Positions 56,716 through 64,000 of a stretch of 64,000 bases of DNA are shown one piece after another. Both the position numbers and the translations under genes were made by a program. The number at the start of each line of letters is the position of its first letter. Position 1 is the stretch's first letter. The stretch lies in the IMG/VR virus record IMGVR_UViG_3300021376_000006. One strand, given 5' to 3'. The notes under the pieces were generated by a model. It searched no databases, was not told the DNA's origin, and saw only the letters and a list, made by a program, of their open reading frames with translations. The DNA is from a virus. Taxonomy: Duplodnaviria > Caudoviricetes.

Positions 56716-57468
56716 TCGTTCAATATCTTCTTCTACGCACCGTTCACCATACTGTATTTCAACAATGGTACAGGGATGAGTGAATGGATTTGTCAACTGG
56801 TGCCAAGAATTTCGCGGAACACGCCATTCATCATATTTGCTTAATATTTTAGGTGGATTAGAAAGATCCCCGGGAAGCGCCATGTTAATCATACAAGTGC
56901 CTTCAGTAACCATCCAGAACTCGCTTCGATATTGATGTCTTTGCATACTTAAGGTTTGCCCGGGCATTACGGTAAGAGTTTTAACTTTAGCGCCAGGTAT
57001 TTCGTTCAAAACTGTGTATGAGCCCCAGGCTCTTTCGACTTCATATGATCGCCATTGTTTAAGAATATCACTGCTACTGTTTTTTTTATCTTCTCCGCCT
57101 ACACCAAACACAAATTCAATGTTTGTGTCATTGACTGGCATTTCTGGTGTATTTTCGGCTGTTCTATCTCCACCATTGGCAAAAACGATTTTGTCGCCAG
57201 GGAACATATCCTTAACTTTTCTTATAGCGTCACATGCAGTGCCGTCGCTGTCATCAAATTCAATTACACGATCTACCATGTGTAAGTTGTCTAGAATTGT
57301 CATGCGTTCGTACCATGTCATGAACGCCCGCCCTTTCTTTCGTGCAAGCCAGGCATCTGAATTTAAACCAACCACAAGCCAATCGCCTAAATGATCACAA
57401 TGATTTAGATAAGAGATATGCCCTGAATGTAGCGGATCAAATCCTCCGGTTGCTAATACAATTTTCAT
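56689..57468 (-). CDS. Cytidylyltransferase-like domain fused to mannose-6-phosphate-isomerase-type cupin
   Basis: TGGFDPLHSGH, FANGGDR, SSS; RAWGSY, SMQRHQYRSEFW, EIQYG..EEDIER. Confidence 0.85.
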   Translation of the reverse strand: MKIVLATGGFDPLHSGHISYLNHCDHLGDWLVVGLNSDAWLARKKGRAFMTWYERMTILDNLHMVDRVIEFDDSDGTACDAIRKVKDMFPGDKIVFANGGDRTAENTPEMPVNDTNIEFVFGVGGEDKKNSSSDILKQWRSYEVERAWGSYTVLNEIPGAKVKTLTVMPGQTLSMQRHQYRSEFWMVTEGTCMINMALPGDLSNPPKILSKYDEWRVPRNSWHQLTNPFTHPCTIVEIQYGERCVEEDIERLISVDKTA

Positions 57469-58226
57469 TCTTGAATTCTGTAATAATCTTTATTCAACCA
57501 GGTTGTTAGTAAGGTTTCTTGCCTCACATATCCATAGCGATCCAGGCATTGCCGTACACTTTCATTGACTAAATTAGCATTAACTAAGTCATGCCATGTT
57601 GTAGTTTGTGGATTCATGGGTGCAATGTCACTTTTATAAACAGCAATGTGCAACCACATATCGTTCATGTCTTTATAAAAATAGGCATCCCTACAATCAA
57701 ATCCGTTTACTGCTAACATGTACATCATGTTCACCACATTGTGATTAAAGTACCATCCGTTGTGACTGAGGTTGTTTAATCTATTGTGTTCATAATGAAC
57801 TGCCTGCGGAAGTGATAAAACCAACATACCATTTACGTTCATCATGTCGTTCCATTGTCGTAATGTGCCTAATGGATTAGTAATATATTGAAAAACATCG
57901 TGACACCAAACTAAATCAATTTGTCGGGAAATAAATCTATCTGCATCTTCTAAATTGGCTTCTACCAGTCGAACGTTTGGTAAATTTGCAACTTCTTTTT
58001 TAATTTGTTTAATATTTCTATCTACCGCGTAACACAAATAATTCCTAGGTTCGGGAGGCTCGTCTCTAGTTTCAAGTAGTGCCCACCATTCTAAATCCAA
58101 TCCTTCGCCACAACCAAAGTCTGCTACAACTTCTAAACTATCTAAAAAACTGTCATATTGATACAATAGATCTCGAATAAATTGTGTGTGTTGGAAACTA
58201 GCTTCAGAATTCTTAAAAAGTGCCAT
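57465..58226 (-). CDS. Class I SAM-dependent methyltransferase
   Basis: ADFGCGEG, AVDR, WCHDVFQY..NP. Confidence 0.8.
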   Translation of the reverse strand: MALFKNSEASFQHTQFIRDLLYQYDSFLDSLEVVADFGCGEGLDLEWWALLETRDEPPEPRNYLCYAVDRNIKQIKKEVANLPNVRLVEANLEDADRFISRQIDLVWCHDVFQYITNPLGTLRQWNDMMNVNGMLVLSLPQAVHYEHNRLNNLSHNGWYFNHNVVNMMYMLAVNGFDCRDAYFYKDMNDMWLHIAVYKSDIAPMNPQTTTWHDLVNANLVNESVRQCLDRYGYVRQETLLTTWLNKDYYRIQE

Positions 58227-58464
58227 TTGTTAACACCTCAATGATAATTTTTTCTTTTAATGTTTTTAATCTTGATTCAAATTGTATGCATGCTTCTGCT
58301 AATTCTATATTGGATCCCCAATTAAGATTATAAATGAGATTAGTGGCCCAACGACCACAAGCATCTTTTTCTATTTGTATATCAACTGCATTATTCTTAG
58401 GACGGGCATTCGAGCATAATGTCCATTCTCTTAAAATATTTTTAGCGTGTTCTTGATAATCCAT
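58213..58464 (-). CDS. Hypothetical protein
   Basis: TAATG-coupled ORF. Confidence 0.55.
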   Translation of the reverse strand: MDYQEHAKNILREWTLCSNARPKNNAVDIQIEKDACGRWATNLIYNLNWGSNIELAEACIQFESRLKTLKEKIIIEVLTNGTF

Positions 58465-58916
58465 TATACAACAATATCTTCCATACCTGCGGTACGTAAT
58501 CTAACCACATGTCCTAGCATAAAATTCTTGCTCTCAAGGCCTTTCATAACTCCAAGCCATTTGTTTCTAAGAAGAGCAACTTCGTTAATGATAGTTTCAA
58601 AGTCAATGACTTCGTCTTCACCATCTGTATATTTTTCTGCGTCGCGACTTGTAAGAGCTCGGGCATAAGATTCCAGGTATTTTTGAAAATGCTTTCGTCT
58701 AATCTTGCGGAGTTGTATATTAAGATAGTTAAGTATAGCCTCAATCTCTTGAAGCTGGTTAAATCTTTGCTCTGTAATACCCGGTAAATTCGCAGCGGAC
58801 TTTTCAACATTACCTCGTATAAATGTCTCTGTTTTTGCCTGTACAAGTTCACCTTCATAATAATTAATGAAGGCTGGAATTTCGCCAAGATCTGCAACAA
58901 CACGATTATACCACAT
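58464..58916 (-). CDS. uvsY: Recombination mediator UvsY-like
   Basis: Helical 150-aa protein, KYLE.Y.RAL..RDAEKY.DGE, GL..K...LG pattern; near uvsX and gp32. Confidence 0.7.
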   Translation of the reverse strand: MWYNRVVADLGEIPAFINYYEGELVQAKTETFIRGNVEKSAANLPGITEQRFNQLQEIEAILNYLNIQLRKIRRKHFQKYLESYARALTSRDAEKYTDGEDEVIDFETIINEVALLRNKWLGVMKGLESKNFMLGHVVRLRTAGMEDIVV

Positions 58917-60090
58917 TATCAAGCCAGTCAACAAAGTGTTTGGGATAGGTATCTAGTATACTAATGTTTCTTCTTTTTGTAAATTCTTTCACAAAGGTTT
59001 TTAGATTTTGCAGTTGTGACATAGTGGGATCAGGTTGTAAACTTTCAATTATGTGCTTTGACCAAGGCAAAGGATTGTTTTCAAATAATTTGATTATATC
59101 ACTTTTGCTTTTTGGATCCATTACATACGGCGACATAAAATCTGGCTTGTAAACAAAATCGTATTCTTTTTTAGACTCGGAAAAATATTCCAAAAATTCA
59201 TGATACCCAAATAAACTTAAATTACTCAAAGTTGAATGAAACATGTAATCAATTTGAAATTGATTTAGTATATCAAGTTTGGCTTTATACTGATCCCAAA
59301 TTATACCATATCTATTAAATTCTAAATATGATCCTATGTTCTCACAACTGAGTTTTATAATTACGTTTTTATATTTTTGTAGTTTTGATAAAAATTTTTC
59401 GAATCTACTGATACTTAGACCTAATCCACTAAACACCTTTACTTCAGATACACCACTAAGTGAATCTAGAATGTCAAACAAATTATTGTTTAATAAAGAT
59501 TCTCCACCTGTGATATATACGGTTTGTAGATGAGGCGTCATTAATTCTATTTCTTTAAGAATCAATTTATAATGTTTAGTATTGTTTTTTTTAGATTGAG
59601 ATAGTTTATGAATGATGAGATCTTTAGAGTCTATTTGATACCTATCATCATCGATCGTGACCGGATAGTTACCATTATTTAAAATGTCTTTTCTCCATGC
59701 ACTGCTGTATTCTTTTGTACAATAGCTGCATGACAAATTACAATCGCTTCCTAATGTTATATCTACAATTTTAGGATGTGTAATTGTATCAAAATGTGTT
59801 TTTTCATAACCTTTTCGAATAATTCTTGGACTAATAGCGCCAACATCTTCTGCCTTGAAGCAATTATTTTCGCAACTGTGATTTCGCGTGTTAGATAACA
59901 TCATTCCACGTTCGTTAACGTTTAATGGCGTATTAAATAGCTGTCCTGGATTAAGTTCTATCCAATTTAAATCAACATGTTGCGGGTAAGCAGCGTCACA
60001 ATTGTAAATAACTCTCTTTTCAATGTCAATTTTTATGCATTGAAATTTATAATTACAGTAATAGTCTCTGATGTGAGTATTATTCCTCAT
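58906..60090 (-). CDS. Radical SAM enzyme with N-terminal twitch-like Cys cluster
   Basis: YC...NC...C..C; CNLSCSYC..YSS.W; ITGGES. Confidence 0.85.
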   Translation of the reverse strand: MRNNTHIRDYYCNYKFQCIKIDIEKRVIYNCDAAYPQHVDLNWIELNPGQLFNTPLNVNERGMMLSNTRNHSCENNCFKAEDVGAISPRIIRKGYEKTHFDTITHPKIVDITLGSDCNLSCSYCTKEYSSAWRKDILNNGNYPVTIDDDRYQIDSKDLIIHKLSQSKKNNTKHYKLILKEIELMTPHLQTVYITGGESLLNNNLFDILDSLSGVSEVKVFSGLGLSISRFEKFLSKLQKYKNVIIKLSCENIGSYLEFNRYGIIWDQYKAKLDILNQFQIDYMFHSTLSNLSLFGYHEFLEYFSESKKEYDFVYKPDFMSPYVMDPKSKSDIIKLFENNPLPWSKHIIESLQPDPTMSQLQNLKTFVKEFTKRRNISILDTYPKHFVDWLDNVV

Positions 60091-60301
60091 AATCTACTTC
60101 GTCATCTTCGTCGTCTAAATACTCTTCCAGTGATCTTTTGGTATAATTGTCAGCACTACCAAACTCTCTGAGTTCTTTATCGCTTAAATTATCTACCAGC
60201 ATGCTTACTAAATTGTCAGTAGCAGCCTGTCTTTCTTTGGCAGGAATATATTCTTTTAATGTAATGTAAGTTTCTATTAGAACTTCAACATCAATGCTCA
60301 T
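60080..60301 (-). CDS. Small acidic conserved protein
   Basis: ATGA-coupled after recA; acidic tail. Confidence 0.65.
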   Translation of the reverse strand: MSIDVEVLIETYITLKEYIPAKERQAATDNLVSMLVDNLSDKELREFGSADNYTKRSLEEYLDDEDDEVDYEE

Positions 60302-61365
60302 TCAACTGTTTCCTCTTCTGGTTGATCAGCAGATTGTTTATGTGGATTGACAGAATAATCTGCCATTACACTATCAAGACTACCGCCTTCGTTACGCTCC
60401 CAGGCTTTACGAAACTGCTTAATTACAGTACCATCTGCTAGCGTGTATTTAAGACTGTTGCCTTCTTTCTGTAATAAACCTTTACCTTCAAACATGTCTA
60501 CCAATCCACTATAAGGATTCATCCCCTGCTCGTAAGGAATCTTAACCTGTACACTTTCAAATGGTTTGGCATAGCGTGTTTTCATAATCTTACAGGCTGC
60601 ACGAATACCTTTTACTTCCGAAATCTTGTTTCCATCCTCATCTTCTTTTAGCTTCAACTTACGCATGGCAACAACAATTGAACTGGCATAGATAAAACCT
60701 TGACCACCTGAGATCTTGTCATCTGGATCAAACATGTCTTGACTAGCGTATGTGTGGTTGGTTGCTACTAAGCCAATATTCAAACTACCGAACATATTAA
60801 CACAATTACGAACAAGTGCTGTTAGTGCCTTGGGCTTACGACCCATGTCACCTTTTAAGTCTCCGGCTTCGAACTGATTGACATCGGTAGGTGTTAGCAA
60901 CATTCCCAAACTGTCAATCACAAACAATACTTTTGGTCTTTGATCTTCTGGAAGTGTTCGATATTCTTTAACAAAGTCATGAATAACCTTAGCTACATCA
61001 TCAATCATAGCCATATTAATCTTGAGGAGTCTATTCTCACTGGTATCAACTTCAAGCGCATGTAACCACGCCTCATCAAGTGCGTTTTCACTATCGATAA
61101 GAATAACGTAAATGCCTTGTTCTTGTGCGTTTTTGACAAGATTTCCTGAGCAGATAAAGGATTTGCCTGCACCAGATTCGCCAGCAAATACTGTAACTTT
61201 ACCCAATGGAATGCCCTTATTAAAGTCCCCGCTGATAAGATAGTTGAGAGCGTAATTGTTGGTTGAGATCCAGTCTGTGGGGTCATTGAATCCCACGCTG
61301 ATACCGTCAATACTTTTTGTAATACTTTTGCGAAATTTTGATACATCAAAGGGTTTGGTTGCCAT
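60298..61365 (-). CDS. uvsX: RecA/UvsX recombinase
   Basis: GESGAGKS Walker A, IDSE, VIDSLG, NHTY, ISGG, KTRY. Confidence 0.92.
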   Translation of the reverse strand: MATKPFDVSKFRKSITKSIDGISVGFNDPTDWISTNNYALNYLISGDFNKGIPLGKVTVFAGESGAGKSFICSGNLVKNAQEQGIYVILIDSENALDEAWLHALEVDTSENRLLKINMAMIDDVAKVIHDFVKEYRTLPEDQRPKVLFVIDSLGMLLTPTDVNQFEAGDLKGDMGRKPKALTALVRNCVNMFGSLNIGLVATNHTYASQDMFDPDDKISGGQGFIYASSIVVAMRKLKLKEDEDGNKISEVKGIRAACKIMKTRYAKPFESVQVKIPYEQGMNPYSGLVDMFEGKGLLQKEGNSLKYTLADGTVIKQFRKAWERNEGGSLDSVMADYSVNPHKQSADQPEEETVE

Positions 61366-62368
61366 GATTATTTTCCTTTATTTTAATAAAATTATCTATG
61401 CTTATGTTTCTGATCTTGTCCTGCTCTTCAATAAATGTGTTTAAAAATAAACTATTATCGTCGCCTGTTGCAACCAAATTATCAAATTCTGGTAAAGAAT
61501 TTTTGGCAGCAATTGTAAATTGATTTCTATGTTGAACACTTAGCTCCGCTGGATAATGAAGTAATCCATATGACATTGGAATATTAACCTCGCGTGAGAA
61601 TTCTTTAATCCTTGAAAAATCATTTACATTTAACACACTCAAAGTAGTCCAAATGTTCAATTTTAAATTTTCAAATTTTGTTTGTAAATTTTTATACTTT
61701 TGTATAACTTCAAGTGTTGTTGCCCATTTTAAAGGCCATCTAGTATATTCAAATACCTTTTCTACACCGTCAATACTAAACGTTATAGTTATTTCAATGT
61801 TTTTTTCTAATAGATTCTCTATTTCTGGCATAAATTTGCTTGCGTTTGTGTTTATTCGTATAAACTTGGCATGCTTTAATGACATCAATTTTTCTTTATA
61901 CAACTTACTAAATGTTGGTTCTCCACCGGTTATTTCAAAAACTAAAATCTTGTCTGCTGATATTTGATTGAAAATGTTTGAATTATCTATTTTTATTACA
62001 GTCTTGGATAACTTTCCAATGTAAGTGCTATTTTTATTTGAACAACTTATGCATGCTGAATTACAAACATTATCGAGTATTCCCGAAACAAACAAATAAT
62101 CTGGATTTAATTGTATATATTTTGTATGCGCTTCAACCGAATGTTCTCTCACACTCTTTTGATGATTAGTATTTTCTACTTCTTTACAACGCTTACATTC
62201 GTCTGGCCACTCATTGTTAGTAAACTTATTAAGGGTGTTTTTTAACCAAGAACTATTTCGTAAATTTTCAATACTATTAAATGATGGCGCATTTATCATA
62301 TGACCACATACCTGAAACATTGAATTTTCAGCTAGTCTTATATTATGCGTTAATCTAGGACAAAACAT
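61346..62368 (-). CDS. Radical SAM enzyme with N-terminal twitch-like Cys cluster
   Basis: FCP..VCG..CKRC; CNSACISC; ITGGEP; INTN; SIDG. Confidence 0.85.
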   Translation of the reverse strand: MFCPRLTHNIRLAENSMFQVCGHMINAPSFNSIENLRNSSWLKNTLNKFTNNEWPDECKRCKEVENTNHQKSVREHSVEAHTKYIQLNPDYLFVSGILDNVCNSACISCSNKNSTYIGKLSKTVIKIDNSNIFNQISADKILVFEITGGEPTFSKLYKEKLMSLKHAKFIRINTNASKFMPEIENLLEKNIEITITFSIDGVEKVFEYTRWPLKWATTLEVIQKYKNLQTKFENLKLNIWTTLSVLNVNDFSRIKEFSREVNIPMSYGLLHYPAELSVQHRNQFTIAAKNSLPEFDNLVATGDDNSLFLNTFIEEQDKIRNISIDNFIKIKENNHGNQTL

Positions 62369-62997
62369 TATTGTATTAAATCAATTAGCGATAAAGGTAT
62401 ATTGATAATATCATAATAGCCACTATCTTTATCATTTTTTATGATAGTCATTATTTCTTGAAAAGTTAATTTATTTCCTATCTGATTATAAAGTATAGTA
62501 TCTAATTGCAAATAAAGATCTTGTGCGATTTGATAATCTACATTTATTCCGTTAGCTTTCCGTGGAGTTTCATTTAATGAAGTTATTTTTTTCAAATACT
62601 GCATTGATCGGAAATGAAATTTAACTTCAGGTTTTATGAAGCGTGACAAATTCAGTATCCAATGAAATTGCGGAATATAGTGAATATCCAGGTACAAGTA
62701 TTTTTTCAATAAAAACTCAATGGTGTTAGAATCTAACTCTGGATTTTGAGTTTTAAGATTAAAAATTACTGTTGCCAATCCTGACTGGAATCTTTCAATT
62801 GGATCTCTTAAAATCACAGTAATGTCATCAGAAATACTATGTAAATCAGAATGATAAAGTTGCATTCCACTCACATTTTGACAGTGACGAAGTAAACTGC
62901 TTGATCCATTTTTATATATAGGAAAAATATACTCTTTCCCTATTTTGACAACTGTAATGTTATCAGAATACAAAAATTTATCTATTGGTGTAAACAT
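62368..62997 (-). CDS. Sulfotransferase family 2-like protein
   Basis: IYKNGSSSL 5'-PSB and LRDPIERFQSG 3'-PB motifs, HYIPQ. Confidence 0.7.
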   Translation of the reverse strand: MFTPIDKFLYSDNITVVKIGKEYIFPIYKNGSSSLLRHCQNVSGMQLYHSDLHSISDDITVILRDPIERFQSGLATVIFNLKTQNPELDSNTIEFLLKKYLYLDIHYIPQFHWILNLSRFIKPEVKFHFRSMQYLKKITSLNETPRKANGINVDYQIAQDLYLQLDTILYNQIGNKLTFQEIMTIIKNDKDSGYYDIINIPLSLIDLIQ

Positions 62998-63003
62998 AAT
63001 CCG

Positions 63004-63034
63004 AAAGGGTACGCAAGAATTACGTACCCTTTTT
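63004..63034. terminator. Hairpin AAAGGGTACG-9-CGTACCCTTT, probable terminator after SSB
   Basis: 10-bp perfect stem in the short gap after the gp32 stop. Confidence 0.75.
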
Positions 63035-63041
63035 ATCTAAC

Positions 63042-64000
63042 TTACTGTTTGCTGCGATTACGAATCATGGCCAAGATGTCCTCGGCTCGTTGACTGGAAG
63101 GTTTAGTAGCAGCGGCTTGCACAGGTGCAGTGGCTACAGGAGGAGCATCATCTTCTTCATCATCGCCAACAAAGGAACTAGAAGATTGTACTGGTGCAGG
63201 TGCTGCTTTGACTACTGGTGCAGACGCTGTTGTTTCTGTATCGTCGTTACCGCCTTTACCCTGGAATCCGCTAGGCTTAAAGTATTGGCTCCAACGATCA
63301 GGATCGTATGCTTGACCATCCACCGACGCTTCAAACATTTCTTTGATAACCTTGAGTTCTACCTCACCAGGACGCCTGGGTAGGAAGTCACTTAGATTGT
63401 AAAGACCAAAGCTATCAATCGCACTTTGTTCTTGTGCTGTCAGTGCAGTCTCTTTTCGGCTCCACTTACTGGTGCTGTAGTCTGCATAGCCACCTTTGCT
63501 AGTTTTTGTAACAGTAAAATCTAAACCGGCGGTGTAATCGGTTGGCATGCTTTCTAGTTCTGGGTCCATTAGTGCAGCCTTGATCAAATTAAAAATCTGG
63601 GGACTAATAACGAATCTACGAATAGGATTCTCAGGTGTTTTGTCGTCCGCTAGTGGATTTTCTCTTACAAAACCTTGGAACAGGTATGATTTCTTTTTCC
63701 AGTACTTACGACCCATTTCTTCCAGGCCTGGATCTTTGAACCATGTTCTTACTTCGGCCAAGACAGGACATGCGTCACCATACATTTCTACGCAAGGAAC
63801 TTGTACCACAACAGGTTTTGAGTCTGCTTGTCCTTTGATTCCTGCGAACGGAAGTTTGATCATCAATCGTTCGACCCAGAAGAATGAGTTCTGTGTATTA
63901 GCGTCTGGTAGAAAACGGATTTTTGCACTTGAGCCTTCTGGAATGTTCCAGTGTGCATAGATGGCGTTGTCGCCTTGTGATTGACCGCCCGATTGACGGT
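63042..64000 (-). CDS. Single-stranded DNA-binding protein gp32-like (5' truncated by window)
   Basis: Frame stays open to the edge (..AIYAHWNIPEGSSAKIRFLPD..); CPV, YWKK, GYADY.TSKW, acidic tail. Confidence 0.9.
   Translation of the reverse strand, partial: RQSGGQSQGDNAIYAHWNIPEGSSAKIRFLPDANTQNSFFWVERLMIKLPFAGIKGQADSKPVVVQVPCVEMYGDACPVLAEVRTWFKDPGLEEMGRKYWKKKSYLFQGFVRENPLADDKTPENPIRRFVISPQIFNLIKAALMDPELESMPTDYTAGLDFTVTKTSKGGYADYSTSKWSRKETALTAQEQSAIDSFGLYNLSDFLPRRPGEVELKVIKEMFEASVDGQAYDPDRWSQYFKPSGFQGKGGNDDTETTASAPVVKAAPAPVQSSSSFVGDDEEDDAPPVATAPVQAAATKPSSQRAEDILAMIRNRSKQ

Noticed and set aside
1880-61365. Inteins, introns or homing endonucleases in nrdA, nrdB, helicase or recA
   Set aside because: All are of normal length with contiguous motifs; no Hint, LAGLIDADG or GIY-YIG signatures.
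467-63960. Numerous short antisense or out-of-frame ORFs in the track (e.g. 5579..5935, 15904..16395, 30362..30880, 35518..35820, 48930..49358)
   Set aside because: They lie fully inside well-supported genes, with no SD or recognisable motifs; shadow ORFs.
1-64000. Stop-codon reassignment, as in some jumbo phages
   Set aside because: Core genes are unbroken under code 11, and TAG ends nrdA and other genes at the expected C-termini.
1-64000. tRNA or rRNA genes
   Set aside because: Intergenic gaps are short and show no cloverleaf, TTCGA T-loop or CCA context.

Overview
A 64-kb segment of a large, AT-rich T4-like (Tevenvirinae-related) tailed-phage genome, probably a freshwater jumbo myophage; a proteobacterial host is inferred from its Isc-type Fe-S genes and E. 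coli-like class Ia RNR. Most genes are on the minus strand, densely packed, with standard code 11 and many ATGA/TAATG overlaps. Core modules: nrdA/nrdB/glutaredoxin, gp41-like helicase, gp61-like primase, UvsW, UvsX/RecA, UvsY, gp32 SSB, a PAAR tip, two fibre/spike proteins, and a block of putative head-packaged proteins sharing an N-terminal [I/L]-x-E motif. Auxiliary genes: isocitrate lyase inside the nrdA-nrdB operon, a serine-glyoxylate aminotransferase, iscU-iscA, a fatty-acid desaturase, three radical SAM enzymes, and about 19 kb of glycan/nucleotide-sugar genes (partial ADP-heptose pathway, GT9/GT17/GT34, sugar C-methyltransferase, and an inverted plus-strand island with RfbH, NeuB-like and ThDP-dependent enzymes). 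Best candidates for undescribed systems: (1) an adjacent ligase-like (KxDG) plus pol-beta nucleotidyltransferase pair with capsid-targeting-like N-termini, possibly an injected nucleic-acid repair module; (2) a split GmrSD-like ParB/DGQHR plus His-Me nuclease operon; (3) an ICL plus SGAT glyoxylate-to-glycine route; (4) a type-1 copper cupredoxin domain inside a tail fibre; (5) a 197-aa minimal DnaE-like polymerase core. No tRNA, rRNA, CRISPR array, intein or transposase was recognised. All family assignments come from motif recognition by eye, not database searches.
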